DNA of 52,611 nucleotides from Flavobacteriales bacterium (GTDB taxonomy: Bacteria; Bacteroidota; Bacteroidia; Flavobacteriales_F; PHOS-HE28), in contig JAGQVN010000156.1 of NCBI GenBank assembly GCA_020437905.1, forward strand, positions 1 through 52,611, read 5' to 3'. Both the position numbers and the translations under genes were made by a program. Positions within the stretch are counted from its first letter, which is position 1. The number at the start of each line of letters is the position of its first letter. Below the pieces are notes generated by a model. It was not told where the DNA came from. It saw nothing but the letters and a program-made list of their open reading frames with translations, and made no database searches. Of this stretch, positions 34,525-44,111 are shown piece after piece.

Positions 34525-36771
34525 ATGCATCAACAACGCATCCTTTATCCCGGTAACGCGATGCTCCGGACGTGTGTCCTTGTCGCCCTGGCAAGCCCCT
34601 TTGGTCTTCAGGCACAGGACCAATGGCCACTGCCTATTGGGACCGAACAGGGGGTCCTCACCATCTACCAACCCCAGCCTGAGTCATACAAAGGGACACG
34701 CCTCAGCAGCCGTGCAGCCATCTCGTTCCGAGCCACCGGGATCGATACCGAGCCGGTCTTTGGGGCGATCTGGACGGAATGTGAACTGGATGTGGACCGG
34801 GAGACGCGGATCGCCACTATCCGTTCAGAGGAAGTGAAGCGCGTCCGGTTCCCTTCGATCGCGGATAGCTCACGGGCGGAAGAGCTAAAGGCCTTGGTGC
34901 GCACCGAGGTGCCCAGGCTCGTGGCCCCGTTCTCCATCGACAGGCTTATCGCCAGTTTAGAGGAAATTCCCGGAAGCACGGATGAATTCTCAACGTCCCC
35001 ACCGGAGATCATCTACCGGGATCGGCCCTCCACCCTGGTTTTCATCGATGGGGATCCCATCTTCAAGAAGGATGAAAAACTGGGGTATGAACGGGTACTG
35101 AACACGCCCTTCCTGATCGCCCGGAAAAAGGAAGGTGCGGCACTTTACCTCGGAAGCGAAACATACTGGTATGAGGCGGAAAGCATCGTTGGACCCTGGA
35201 CCCTAACGGAGGACGTTCCTCGGGAACTGAAGGAGGCTCTCTCGACCGAGGGTGAAGGTGCTGATGAGGCCGGACCAGGCGCACCGCCGGAGCTTGTGGT
35301 TCGGACCGCACCTGCTGAGCTGCTGCAGACCACCGGCAAGGCTGAGATGAAAACACTGGAAGGGACCGGCCTCCTGTATGTAAGCAATTCCCCGAACGAT
35401 CTGTTCATGGCCATTGAGGACCAGCAGTATTACGCGCTGTTGAGCGGACGCTGGTATCGCACTCCGGATCTGAGCAATGGGACCTGGACCTACGTTCCCG
35501 CCGACAAACTACCCGGGGACTTCGCCAAGATCACCGAAGGTGCAGAGAAGGATCACGTCCTGGCGAGCGTGGCCGGTACGAATGCCGCCCGCGATGCCGT
35601 TCTGGACGCACAAGTGCCGCAGACCGCCAAGGTGGATCGGAACACGACCCTGAACGTTGAGTTCGATGGTGAGCCCAGCTTCGTGGACGTGAAAGGAACG
35701 GATGTAGCCTACGCCGAGAACAGCTCAACCACTGTCCTTCGGATCGGCAAGCGCTATCATGCGCTGGATAACGGCATCTGGTTCGACGGCCCTTCCCCAC
35801 AGGGACCATGGACCGTTTCCACGGAAACGCCGGATGGTCTGGAGAACATCCCTCCGGAAAGTCCGGTGTATAATGTGAAATATGTGGAGGTGTATGAAAG
35901 CACACCTGAGGTCGTCTATGTGGGGTACACACCCGGTTATACAGGTTCATACGTGTACGGTCCTACCGTGATCTACGGAACCGGCTACTACTACAGTCCG
36001 TGGTACGGAACCTATTATTACCCGCGCCCGGTCACCTATGGGTTCAGCATGCACTACAACCCGTGGACCGGTTGGAGCATGGGCTTCTCGATGAGCGTGG
36101 GTTGGTTCACATTCGGTGTGGGCGGGTATCCGCACTATGGAGGTTGGTGGGGACCACCGATGTACCGTCCGCCGTACTATCGACCGCCTTACGGTGGCGG
36201 CTATTATGGGCGACCGGTCCGCTATGGGAAAAATACCGTGAACATCGACAACAGCACCAACATCAATATCGGTCAAGGCGGTCGGGATCGGTCGGGCAAC
36301 CTGTACGATCGCCAAAGGCCGGGAGTGGAACCCAGCCGACCCGCACAGCGACCAGCGGGCAAGGTCCCATCGGACGTTCCACGAACTCAGGGTAAACCCA
36401 CCGGCCGGCCAGCCACCGGGAAGGTGCCCGAGCACGTGTACACGGATAAGAAGGGGGACGTGTATCAGCGTACCAATGACAGTTGGAAGCGTTATGACAC
36501 TGGTGGAAAATGGCAGGATGCCGGCAAAGCGCCTTCGATGGCGAACAAACCTTCCACCGGATCGAGCGACCGCACTGCGCCCGGGAACAGGCCCGGAACC
36601 ACCGGGGGTGCCGGAGGGATGGACCGCATGCAGCAGATGGAAAGGCAGCACCAGAACAGCATGCGCGGTCAGCAGCGTGTGAACGGATTCCAGCAACAAC
36701 AGCGCTCCATGCCCGCACGTCCGCCGATGGGCGGTGGTGGTGGGCGCACGGCACCCAGAGGTCGGCGGTGA
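34525..36771 (+). CDS. large secreted protein: three W…GPWT repeat modules, a Tyr/Trp/Gly/Pro-rich segment and a Gln/Arg/Gly/Pro low-complexity tail
   Basis: Signal peptide MLRTCVLVALASPFGLQAQ (alternative ATG at 34561). Repeats at nt 35143-35220, 35428-35514 and 35755-35832. Aromatic/Gly segment at nt 35917-36225. Tail at nt 36280-36768. Confidence 0.8.
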   Translation: MHQQRILYPGNAMLRTCVLVALASPFGLQAQDQWPLPIGTEQGVLTIYQPQPESYKGTRLSSRAAISFRATGIDTEPVFGAIWTECELDVDRETRIATIRSEEVKRVRFPSIADSSRAEELKALVRTEVPRLVAPFSIDRLIASLEEIPGSTDEFSTSPPEIIYRDRPSTLVFIDGDPIFKKDEKLGYERVLNTPFLIARKKEGAALYLGSETYWYEAESIVGPWTLTEDVPRELKEALSTEGEGADEAGPGAPPELVVRTAPAELLQTTGKAEMKTLEGTGLLYVSNSPNDLFMAIEDQQYYALLSGRWYRTPDLSNGTWTYVPADKLPGDFAKITEGAEKDHVLASVAGTNAARDAVLDAQVPQTAKVDRNTTLNVEFDGEPSFVDVKGTDVAYAENSSTTVLRIGKRYHALDNGIWFDGPSPQGPWTVSTETPDGLENIPPESPVYNVKYVEVYESTPEVVYVGYTPGYTGSYVYGPTVIYGTGYYYSPWYGTYYYPRPVTYGFSMHYNPWTGWSMGFSMSVGWFTFGVGGYPHYGGWWGPPMYRPPYYRPPYGGGYYGRPVRYGKNTVNIDNSTNINIGQGGRDRSGNLYDRQRPGVEPSRPAQRPAGKVPSDVPRTQGKPTGRPATGKVPEHVYTDKKGDVYQRTNDSWKRYDTGGKWQDAGKAPSMANKPSTGSSDRTAPGNRPGTTGGAGGMDRMQQMERQHQNSMRGQQRVNGFQQQQRSMPARPPMGGGGGRTAPRGRR

Positions 36772-37883
36772 TGATGCTCCTGGGCTCCATTCAATATGGC
36801 TCGCGGATCGGTCGTTGGTCGCCTTTCCTGATAGTAGCCCTTTCTGCTTGCACGGAAGAACGAGTGACGACCCGGCCCAAGGAAGGTGCGATCACCGAAA
36901 GCGTCTATGCCAGCGGTGTGGTCAAGGCATTGGATCAATACGTGGTCCATTCGCAAGTGAACGGCATCCTCCTGATGGCCTATGTCACAGAGGGCGACAC
37001 CGTGGAAGCTGGAGACCCACTGTTCCTGATCGATGACCGGTCCAGCAGCCTGGCGAGCCGCAAAGCGGAAGTGAACCTGGCGTTCCTGGAGAAGAACGCC
37101 TCTTCCAACTCCCCGGTGCTTGCACAGCTCCGCGCATCGGTGACCCGTGCCCGGGAAAGCCTGGAGAACGACAGCGCGCTATATGCCAAACAGATGCGCT
37201 TATGGGAAAAGCAGATCGGTTCGGAGAACGACCTGGAACAGCGCCGATTGGCCTATACCACCTCCCGGGCCAACTACGAAGCAGCACTTGAGGCGTATGC
37301 GGAAAGCCGGGATCGGCTGCGGACCGAGTTGTCCCTTGCTCGAAGTGATCTCGAGCTTAGCAAAGTGGCGGAGGACGACCGGACCGTGAGGAGTTGGATC
37401 GATGGGGTGGTGTACGATGTGAGCATTGAAAAAGGGGAATTGGCCACCACCCAGCGGGCACTGGCCGTGCTGGGAAGCGCGGAGGATTTCCTTTTGGAAC
37501 TGAACGTGGACGAATACGATATCGTGAGGATCGCTCCCGGTCAACGTGTGCTTGTAACGATGGATAGTTACCGGGGCCAGGTCATGGAGGCGATCGTGAC
37601 CAAGGTGGACCCCCTGATGGATGAGCGCTCCCGCACGTTCTCCGTGGAAGCCGTTTTCCTCAAGCCCCCCTCTCGGCTCTATCCCAACCTGACGGCCGAA
37701 GCCAACATCGTGATCCGAAGCAGGCAGGAAGCGTTGCTCCTGCCTGCCAATTATGTGACCATCGATGACCGGGTGATCCTGGCCAGTGGGGACAGCGTAG
37801 CCTTGGAGATCGGCCTCAGGGACCTGGAAATGGTCGAGGTGATCTCCGGCATTGACGCATCCACCGTGGTGGTCCTTCCATGA
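36771..37883 (+). CDS. HlyD/MFP-family periplasmic adaptor lipoprotein (MacA-like)
   Basis: Its ATG shares one base with the upstream TGA (GTGATGATG). Lipobox LIVALSAC, lipoyl-like GDTVEAGDPLFLIDD, a coiled-coil hairpin and a beta-barrel (GQRVLVTMDSYRGQVMEAIVTKVDP). Confidence 0.85.
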   Translation: MMLLGSIQYGSRIGRWSPFLIVALSACTEERVTTRPKEGAITESVYASGVVKALDQYVVHSQVNGILLMAYVTEGDTVEAGDPLFLIDDRSSSLASRKAEVNLAFLEKNASSNSPVLAQLRASVTRARESLENDSALYAKQMRLWEKQIGSENDLEQRRLAYTTSRANYEAALEAYAESRDRLRTELSLARSDLELSKVAEDDRTVRSWIDGVVYDVSIEKGELATTQRALAVLGSAEDFLLELNVDEYDIVRIAPGQRVLVTMDSYRGQVMEAIVTKVDPLMDERSRTFSVEAVFLKPPSRLYPNLTAEANIVIRSRQEALLLPANYVTIDDRVILASGDSVALEIGLRDLEMVEVISGIDASTVVVLP

Positions 37884-39142
37884 CCATGGACCTGAAGCTC
37901 ATCCTGGGGATATCCACCACCATGCTGCTTGCACGCTTGAAGCAGAGCGTGGTGGCAGGCGTCGGGGTCACGTTCAGCATCATGATGTACATCGCGCTCA
38001 GCGGCTTCATGAACGGCTTGAACGAGCTCCTGGATGGGCTGATCCTGAACCGGACCCCTCACATCCGACTGTACAACGAGATCGAACCGAGCGAGGACCA
38101 ACCGCTCGATCTGGCACCCGATTTCGCAGACCGCACCGTGTTCATCAGCAGGATCAAACCCAAGGCGGAACTGACAAGGGTCCGGAACGCTCTGGGGATC
38201 ATGCAAGCCCTCGAGAAAGACGAACGCGTGTTGGGCATCGCCGCCAAGACCACCGCACAGGTGTTCTTCAATGTGGGGACCATCGACCTGAACGGCGTGA
38301 TCAATGGCATCCAACCGGCAGAGGAAGATCGTTTGTTCCGCTTCAGTGATTATGTGGTCAGCGGTTCTGTTCATGACCTGAACGCGGTGAACAGTGTGAT
38401 CCTGGGCAAAGGCGTGGCCGATAAGATGCAGGTCGATCTCGGGGATATGGTGCAGGTCACGACCGCCGATGGGCAGCGGACCATGTTGAAGGTGGTGGGT
38501 ACCTACCAAAGCGGATTGGCGGACCTGGACAATGTGCAGTGCTATGCGAGCATCAAGACCACCCAGAAACTGCTGGGGCGGGGGAACGACATGATCACGG
38601 ACATCCAGGTGAAACTGCACGACCTGGCCTCCGCTCCTGCCCTGGCCAGGGAGTTCGCGCGGAAATTCGATGTGGAGGCCCTGGACATCCAGACCGCCAA
38701 TGCACAGTTCGAAACAGGCTCAAACGTTCGGAGCATCATCAGCTATGTGGTCAGTGTGGTGCTCCTCATCGTTGCCGGCTTCGGGATCTACAACATCCTG
38801 AACATGCTCATTTATGAGAAGCTGGATTCCATCGCCATCCTGAAAGCAACCGGGTTCAGCGGAGGCGATGTGCGGGCCATCTTCATCTCGCTCAGCATGA
38901 TCATCGGCGTATGTGGCGGTGCCGTCGGCCTGGTGATGGGCTATTTTGCTTCGATCGGGATCAGCCACATCCCTTTCGAGACAGAGGCCCTGCCTACGAT
39001 CAAGACCTATCCTGTCGATTTTAGTGGCCGGTATTACCTGATCGGTGTCGCCTTCGCATTGGTGACCACCTACATCGCGGGCCTGTTCCCCGCTCAGCGG
39101 GCCAGCAGGATCGATCCAGTGGAGATCATTCGCGGAAAATGA
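37880..39142 (+). CDS. FtsX-family ABC transporter permease (MacB/LolCE type)
   Basis: TM1, a large periplasmic domain, then three C-terminal TM helices with …YEKLDSIAILKATGFSGGDVRAIF… ATGA overlap with the adaptor. Confidence 0.9.
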   Translation: MTMDLKLILGISTTMLLARLKQSVVAGVGVTFSIMMYIALSGFMNGLNELLDGLILNRTPHIRLYNEIEPSEDQPLDLAPDFADRTVFISRIKPKAELTRVRNALGIMQALEKDERVLGIAAKTTAQVFFNVGTIDLNGVINGIQPAEEDRLFRFSDYVVSGSVHDLNAVNSVILGKGVADKMQVDLGDMVQVTTADGQRTMLKVVGTYQSGLADLDNVQCYASIKTTQKLLGRGNDMITDIQVKLHDLASAPALAREFARKFDVEALDIQTANAQFETGSNVRSIISYVVSVVLLIVAGFGIYNILNMLIYEKLDSIAILKATGFSGGDVRAIFISLSMIIGVCGGAVGLVMGYFASIGISHIPFETEALPTIKTYPVDFSGRYYLIGVAFALVTTYIAGLFPAQRASRIDPVEIIRGK

Positions 39143-39831
39143 GCCAAATTGACCCTGTTCTGGAGACCCGCAAGGTCAGCAAGACCTTCCATGACCCGGT
39201 CACCGTGCAGGTCCTCAAGGAGGTCTCGTTTTCTGTGGAACGCGGAGAGTTCGTGAGCATCATGGGCAAGAGCGGGTGCGGCAAAAGCACGCTGCTCTAT
39301 ATCCTGAGCACCATGGACACCGATTTCCAGGGGGAGTTGCTGCTGGATGGCAAAAGCACGACCGGTATGGACCGAGACCATTTGTCTCGCCTTCGCAGCG
39401 AGAAGATCGGGTTCGTGTTCCAGTTCCATTACCTGCTACCCGAGTTCAGCGTCCTCCGGAACGTCATGCTACCTGCACTCAAGCTTGGCCGGTATGGCCC
39501 GGAGGAGGTTGAACACCGTGCGATGGAGCGTCTTAAGATCCTTGAGATCGGGGACCAGGCCTTGAAACGGGCCAACCAGATCAGTGGCGGACAGAAGCAA
39601 CGCGTGGCCATTGCCCGTGCCCTGATCAACGATCCGCTGATCATTATGGGCGATGAACCCACCGGCAACCTGGACAGCAAGAACAGCGATATCGTCTTCG
39701 ACATCCTGCGAGGCCTGAGCGCCGAGGGCGAACGGTCCATGCTGGTGGTGACCCATGATGAGGACTTCGCAAAGCGTACCGATCGCACGATCGTCATGGA
39801 CGACGGTCGGATCGCCGACCACGGCCGTTAG
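39139..39831 (+). CDS. ABC transporter ATP-binding protein (LolD/MacB-type)
   Basis: Walker [10 protein letters not shown], signature ISGGQKQR, Walker B IIMGDEPT and an H-loop VVTHD. ATGA overlap with the permease. Confidence 0.95.
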   Translation: MSQIDPVLETRKVSKTFHDPVTVQVLKEVSFSVERGEFVSIMGKSGCGKSTLLYILSTMDTDFQGELLLDGKSTTGMDRDHLSRLRSEKIGFVFQFHYLLPEFSVLRNVMLPALKLGRYGPEEVEHRAMERLKILEIGDQALKRANQISGGQKQRVAIARALINDPLIIMGDEPTGNLDSKNSDIVFDILRGLSAEGERSMLVVTHDEDFAKRTDRTIVMDDGRIADHGR

Positions 39832-39837
39832 ACCGGG

Positions 39838-40632
39838 TCAGGGGATCTCTTCCGCGCGTCGCAGGTCCAGGTTAATGGTCAGCGCCAACTGCAAGGTGTG
39901 GTTCCGTTCGGCACGGATGCCATCGCTCTTGAACACCAAGTGGTTCAGGTAACCCGACTGAAGCTGTACGGCTGGCGTGAACTGCATGCCCAGTGCCAGG
40001 TACAGGCGGTTCTGGTCCAATATGTTCGGACCGATACCGGGACCGAAACCCAGGAAGACCTCATCGTACGCGGCCAGGAAGAGGGTCCCTGGCAAAATGG
40101 TCCTGTCGTTCAGCGGCAAGGTCATAAAAAATCGATAGCGAGCGCGGTGACGGAGGAGCCATTCCTCGTGTTCATAGCCATGCTCCGCGGCCTCTTTCCG
40201 CTGAAGAAAGCGCTGTTCCGAAAGGTAGCGATGCTGGAAGTCCACCACCCCTGCCCGATGTCTCAGGATCAACTGCTGCCAGATGCGATGCTCATGGAAG
40301 TCGTACGCAACGGGTTGCTCACCATATGGAAAGCTCTGTATCCAAGCATAGCCAACAGAGAGCATGGGACCGCTCTTCAGGTAACGGTCAGCGCCGATAC
40401 GAAGCAGGGATTGTTGCCAACAAGCACCCAGACCCTCTCGCCGCCATTGGTATTCAGTGTGCAGGCCCCAACGCTCACTGAGCCGATGGTTCCCGAAGAA
40501 CATGTACCAACTGTTCCACTGGGTCACCGTCGGGTCCTCATCCTGAGCCAGGATAATTGTCGGTGAAGAGCACAGGAAGCACAACAGCGCTATGGCGCAC
40601 AAGAAGCGCAGGAGCAGTGCGAAGACCGACAT
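39838..40632 (-). CDS. DUF2490-like outer-membrane protein
   Basis: Signal peptide, then W/Y/R-rich beta-strand pattern (FFGNHRLSERWGLHTEYQWRREG…). ATG at 40632, with a GTG one codon upstream. Confidence 0.55.
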   Translation of the reverse strand: MSVFALLLRFLCAIALLCFLCSSPTIILAQDEDPTVTQWNSWYMFFGNHRLSERWGLHTEYQWRREGLGACWQQSLLRIGADRYLKSGPMLSVGYAWIQSFPYGEQPVAYDFHEHRIWQQLILRHRAGVVDFQHRYLSEQRFLQRKEAAEHGYEHEEWLLRHRARYRFFMTLPLNDRTILPGTLFLAAYDEVFLGFGPGIGPNILDQNRLYLALGMQFTPAVQLQSGYLNHLVFKSDGIRAERNHTLQLALTINLDLRRAEEIP

Positions 40633-40668
40633 CACGCACTCAAGATCGAGGATATTCAGGGAATGGAC

Positions 40669-43659
40669 CTACCGAGGTCCTGCGGAACGCGCCACGGCTT
40701 CGTGCACCACTTCCTGTATCCGCGTCCTGATGTCCAATTGGATCAGGCCTTTGTTCAGCGCGGTCGGATAAACACGGTTGCTCAGAAAAATATAGATGAG
40801 CTGTTCTTCGGGGTCCACCCAGGCCATGGTACCTGTGAAGCCCGTGTGACCGAAGCTGGCCAGGCTCACGCACTGACAGGTCGGCCCTCCTTCCCCATCG
40901 CGCACCGGTTTGTCGAAGCCCAATCCGCGGCGGTTCACATCCTTGGTCCCCGCCCCCGGACCTTGTTCGATGCAATACTGGCAGCGTGTGAACTCATCGA
41001 CGACCGCCGTGCTCAGAAAGCGTTCGCCGCCATAGGAGCCCTTGTTCAGGACCAACTGCATCAACACGGCCAGGTCATGCGCATTGCTGAACAATCCCGC
41101 ATGGCCCGCCACACCTCCCAACATGGCCGCCGCTGGGTCGTGCACGTCACCATGCACTTGCTGCCTTCTGAATTCGGCATCGTACTCGGTCGGTACGATA
41201 CGGCTCTTGGGTAGCCGATCAAGGGGTTTGAAGCCCAGGTTGGATAGACCCAGCGGACGATAGAAGCGCTCCTCCAACACGGCGTCCAGCGCGCTCCCGC
41301 TCACCTCCTCCACCACCCACTGCATCAGCAACATCCCCAGATCACTGTACTTGTACTCCTTCTTTGCGGACAACGGTGCATCAAGCATCCACTGGCGCAG
41401 ACTGTCCTTGTATGCCGGGTCGATATACACACGCTCGGCCACACGCAGGGTGTGCGTTGGATCGGGCTTTTCGACCACCACCCCGGGGCGAAGCTTCTTA
41501 TCCTGCATGAGCTTTTTGTAGAAGGGGATCCAATCCTTCAGACCGGCCTGGTGGGCAAGCACCTCCCGGATGCCCAGCTGAGCATGGCCTGGGCTCCTGG
41601 TCCGGAGGACCGGCAGGTAGGTGCCCAGATCGGCGTCAAGGTCTAATCGGCCCTCGTCCACCAAGGCCATCAAGGCAAGCGTGGTAGCCGCGATCTTGGT
41701 GATGGAGGCCAGATCGTAGACATCGTCGTTACGAAGCGGTCGTTCGGCATCGTAGGTCATTCCGCCATAGGCATTGTTCCAGATCACCATGCCGTTGTGG
41801 GCGACCAGGACCTGGCAACCCGGATAGGCCTTTTCCCGGATCCCCTCCCGTACGATCGGTTCCAACATCATCAGATCGGCAGTGCTCAAACCGCGCTCCT
41901 CAGGCATCCCTTCGGTCAGGATACCGGTCGCGCCATACCCGATCCCTGCACCCACCGGGATGCGCGAGGAAGGCCCCACAGGAAGAGCTCCCTTGGCCGG
42001 GCGCGCACCGAAGATCACCTGCATGGTCACGTCATGGACATCCCCGGCATCCTCGTACGCCGCGACCAATGCATCCACCTCGTTCATGCCACTGGCATCC
42101 GTCAGCCGATACGGATTGCCGAAGAAGGCGACCACCGTCCGATGCTTCTCGTCGATCGACCGGATCACTTCGAACACGCGATCGGGCACTCCAAAGGACC
42201 GTGAGACCCGATAGCTCGTTCCGACCACGCTGATGAGGACCGTCCCATACCCCTCGATATCGGCCATCAATCTGCTCAGGTCCTGATCGCTTGTTTCCTT
42301 CTCACAGCGGAAGTGATCGACACGCGCATGGCGGTCGATCAAGTAGGTCAGGTCCGTCCCTTCGTCGCCCCCAATGACCACGGAGGCTATCCGTTCCCCA
42401 TCCCTTCGCAGTGGAAGCAGTTCGTCCTTGTTCCGGACCACTGTAACGGCTTGTGCCAGCAAGCTCCTGCGCAGGGCCAGTGCAGCGGGATCGTTCAGGT
42501 CGTCGACCAAGCCTTCAGTGGGGATGGTCCTTGTTCGGGAAAGGCCCGCCCAGTATTTCGCCCGCAACACCTTGAAGCACTTCCGGTCGATCTCCGCCAC
42601 ATCCAGCTCTCCATCGACCACTGCCTGGGCGATCCGTTCCATGGCCTTCACCGGATCCTGGGGGAACAAGAGCACATCATTGCCCGCCTGAAGGGCACGA
42701 AGCTCGATCTCCCCCGGTCGATCCGCATTGGCCACCCCTTTCATGTTCAACGCATCCGTGAAGACCAATCCTTTGAACCCGAGCTCATCCGACAGCAGGT
42801 CGTGGACCACCGAACGGCTCAATGTGGTCGGCACACCACTCGCGTTCTCCAAGGCGGGGACCTCCAGATGGGCGACCATGATCGCCGAAAGCCCCTCCTC
42901 CATCAATCGTTGAAAAGGATAAAGCTCCAATGAATCGAGCCGGGTGCGACTATGCGCGATCACGGGAAGGGCCTTATGCGAATCCACATCCGTGTCACCG
43001 TGTCCCGGAAAGTGCTTCGCGGTGGCGATCACCCCTCCTTGCTGCAACCCTTTCATGTATGCGATCGCCTTGCGGGTCACATTATCGCGGTCCTCACCGA
43101 AACTTCGATCATTGATGACCGGGTTGTTCGGATCGTTGTTCACATCAGCGACCGGCGAGAAGCTCACTTGAACCCCCAGCCGCTTCATTTGTCTGGCGAT
43201 CTCAAGCCCCATGGCATGGATGCCTTCCTCATCCGGTATGGCGCCCAAGGTCATCTGTTTGGGGAACCGGACCGTGCTGTCCAGGCGCATGGCCAGTCCC
43301 CATTCCAGGTCCATTCCCACCAGCAGGGGCGTACGTGCGATGGACTGATAGCGGTTGGTCAGATGCGCCTGCCTGACCGGTCCGCCTTGGAAGAAGATCA
43401 GCCCTCCGATCTGATACTCCGAGATCAGCCGCTCCATTTCAGTGACATGGTCAGCACCCTTGTTACTGTACGCCGCCACCATCATGAGTTGTGCGATCCG
43501 CTCCCCGGTATCCAAGGTGGCCATCACGGAATCGGCCCACGCCGCATCAGCTGATAGGAACGGTGGAACCTGAGGGAGCGGATGGGGATGTTCGGAAGCT
43601 CCGCCCAGTTCAGCAGCAAGCAGGACCAACATCGCCGGTATCAAAAAGAATCGTCGCAT
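40669..43659 (-). CDS. fusion protein: glycoside hydrolase family 3 (NagZ-like beta-N-acetylhexosaminidase) N-terminal part plus serine beta-lactamase/PBP-like hydrolase C-terminal part
   Basis: GH3 blocks GGLIFFQGG, KHFPGHGDTDVDSH and VFTDALNMKG. The C-terminal part has SxxK (ASITK), YSD and GHTGFTG motifs of class-C-like serine hydrolases. Confidence 0.9.
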   Translation of the reverse strand: MRRFFLIPAMLVLLAAELGGASEHPHPLPQVPPFLSADAAWADSVMATLDTGERIAQLMMVAAYSNKGADHVTEMERLISEYQIGGLIFFQGGPVRQAHLTNRYQSIARTPLLVGMDLEWGLAMRLDSTVRFPKQMTLGAIPDEEGIHAMGLEIARQMKRLGVQVSFSPVADVNNDPNNPVINDRSFGEDRDNVTRKAIAYMKGLQQGGVIATAKHFPGHGDTDVDSHKALPVIAHSRTRLDSLELYPFQRLMEEGLSAIMVAHLEVPALENASGVPTTLSRSVVHDLLSDELGFKGLVFTDALNMKGVANADRPGEIELRALQAGNDVLLFPQDPVKAMERIAQAVVDGELDVAEIDRKCFKVLRAKYWAGLSRTRTIPTEGLVDDLNDPAALALRRSLLAQAVTVVRNKDELLPLRRDGERIASVVIGGDEGTDLTYLIDRHARVDHFRCEKETSDQDLSRLMADIEGYGTVLISVVGTSYRVSRSFGVPDRVFEVIRSIDEKHRTVVAFFGNPYRLTDASGMNEVDALVAAYEDAGDVHDVTMQVIFGARPAKGALPVGPSSRIPVGAGIGYGATGILTEGMPEERGLSTADLMMLEPIVREGIREKAYPGCQVLVAHNGMVIWNNAYGGMTYDAERPLRNDDVYDLASITKIAATTLALMALVDEGRLDLDADLGTYLPVLRTRSPGHAQLGIREVLAHQAGLKDWIPFYKKLMQDKKLRPGVVVEKPDPTHTLRVAERVYIDPAYKDSLRQWMLDAPLSAKKEYKYSDLGMLLMQWVVEEVSGSALDAVLEERFYRPLGLSNLGFKPLDRLPKSRIVPTEYDAEFRRQQVHGDVHDPAAAMLGGVAGHAGLFSNAHDLAVLMQLVLNKGSYGGERFLSTAVVDEFTRCQYCIEQGPGAGTKDVNRRGLGFDKPVRDGEGGPTCQCVSLASFGHTGFTGTMAWVDPEEQLIYIFLSNRVYPTALNKGLIQLDIRTRIQEVVHEAVARSAGPR

Positions 43660-43669
43660 CGTGATCGGT

Positions 43670-43677
43670 CAAAACTA
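43670..43677 (-). promoter_or_regulatory. -7 promoter box (TAGTTTTG) for the GH3/beta-lactamase-like gene
   Basis: Plus-strand CAAAACTA, 11 nt upstream of the ATG at 43659. Confidence 0.4.
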
Positions 43678-43783
43678 CCGGGGCGACCACCGCACGGTTC
43701 GCGGGTAGGGCGCCTCTTATCAACAGGAACGCATCAACAGCGGGGATCATGGCCCACGTTCGGAATGGTGCAGGAGGGCCTTG

Positions 43784-43791
43784 TACCTTTG
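43784..43791 (+). promoter_or_regulatory. -7 promoter box (TACCTTTG) for the small gene and mutL
   Basis: TAnnTTTG match 13 nt upstream of the ATG at 43804. It lies inside the longer track ORF (43582…), arguing against that start. Confidence 0.4.
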
Positions 43792-43803
43792 GGAGCGGCA
43801 ACG

Positions 43804-44109
43804 ATGCATTCCCCTCGGATCGTACAGATGCTCTCCCTGTTCCGCAACCGCGGTCCGCGCGGCTTCGACTTCCCTGCGCGCTATTACGATCCGGCAGTTG
43901 AGCGAGCGAAGGAGCGTGAAGCCCGTGCTGCGAAGGAGATGAACGCCATGCGAACGCCCCAGGATCGGGCGTATTTCCAGGAACGGATTCGCCACTCTTG
44001 GCATCGTGAGAAACGTGATGGCAGCTTTGTGAACCGCCTGTTGGTCGTGCTGGGGGCGGTCCTCGCGATGCTCTACCTCATTTACCGCACTTTCTTCGAG
44101 CAGGTCTGA
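43804..44109 (+). CDS. small C-terminally anchored membrane protein (unassigned)
   Basis: …FDFPARYYDPAVERAKEREARAAKE… then a TM helix LLVVLGAVLAMLYLIY. Ends 2 nt before mutL. The start could also be the ATG at 43828. Confidence 0.45.
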   Translation: MHSPRIVQMLSLFRNRGPRGFDFPARYYDPAVERAKEREARAAKEMNAMRTPQDRAYFQERIRHSWHREKRDGSFVNRLLVVLGAVLAMLYLIYRTFFEQV

Positions 44110-44111
44110 AT

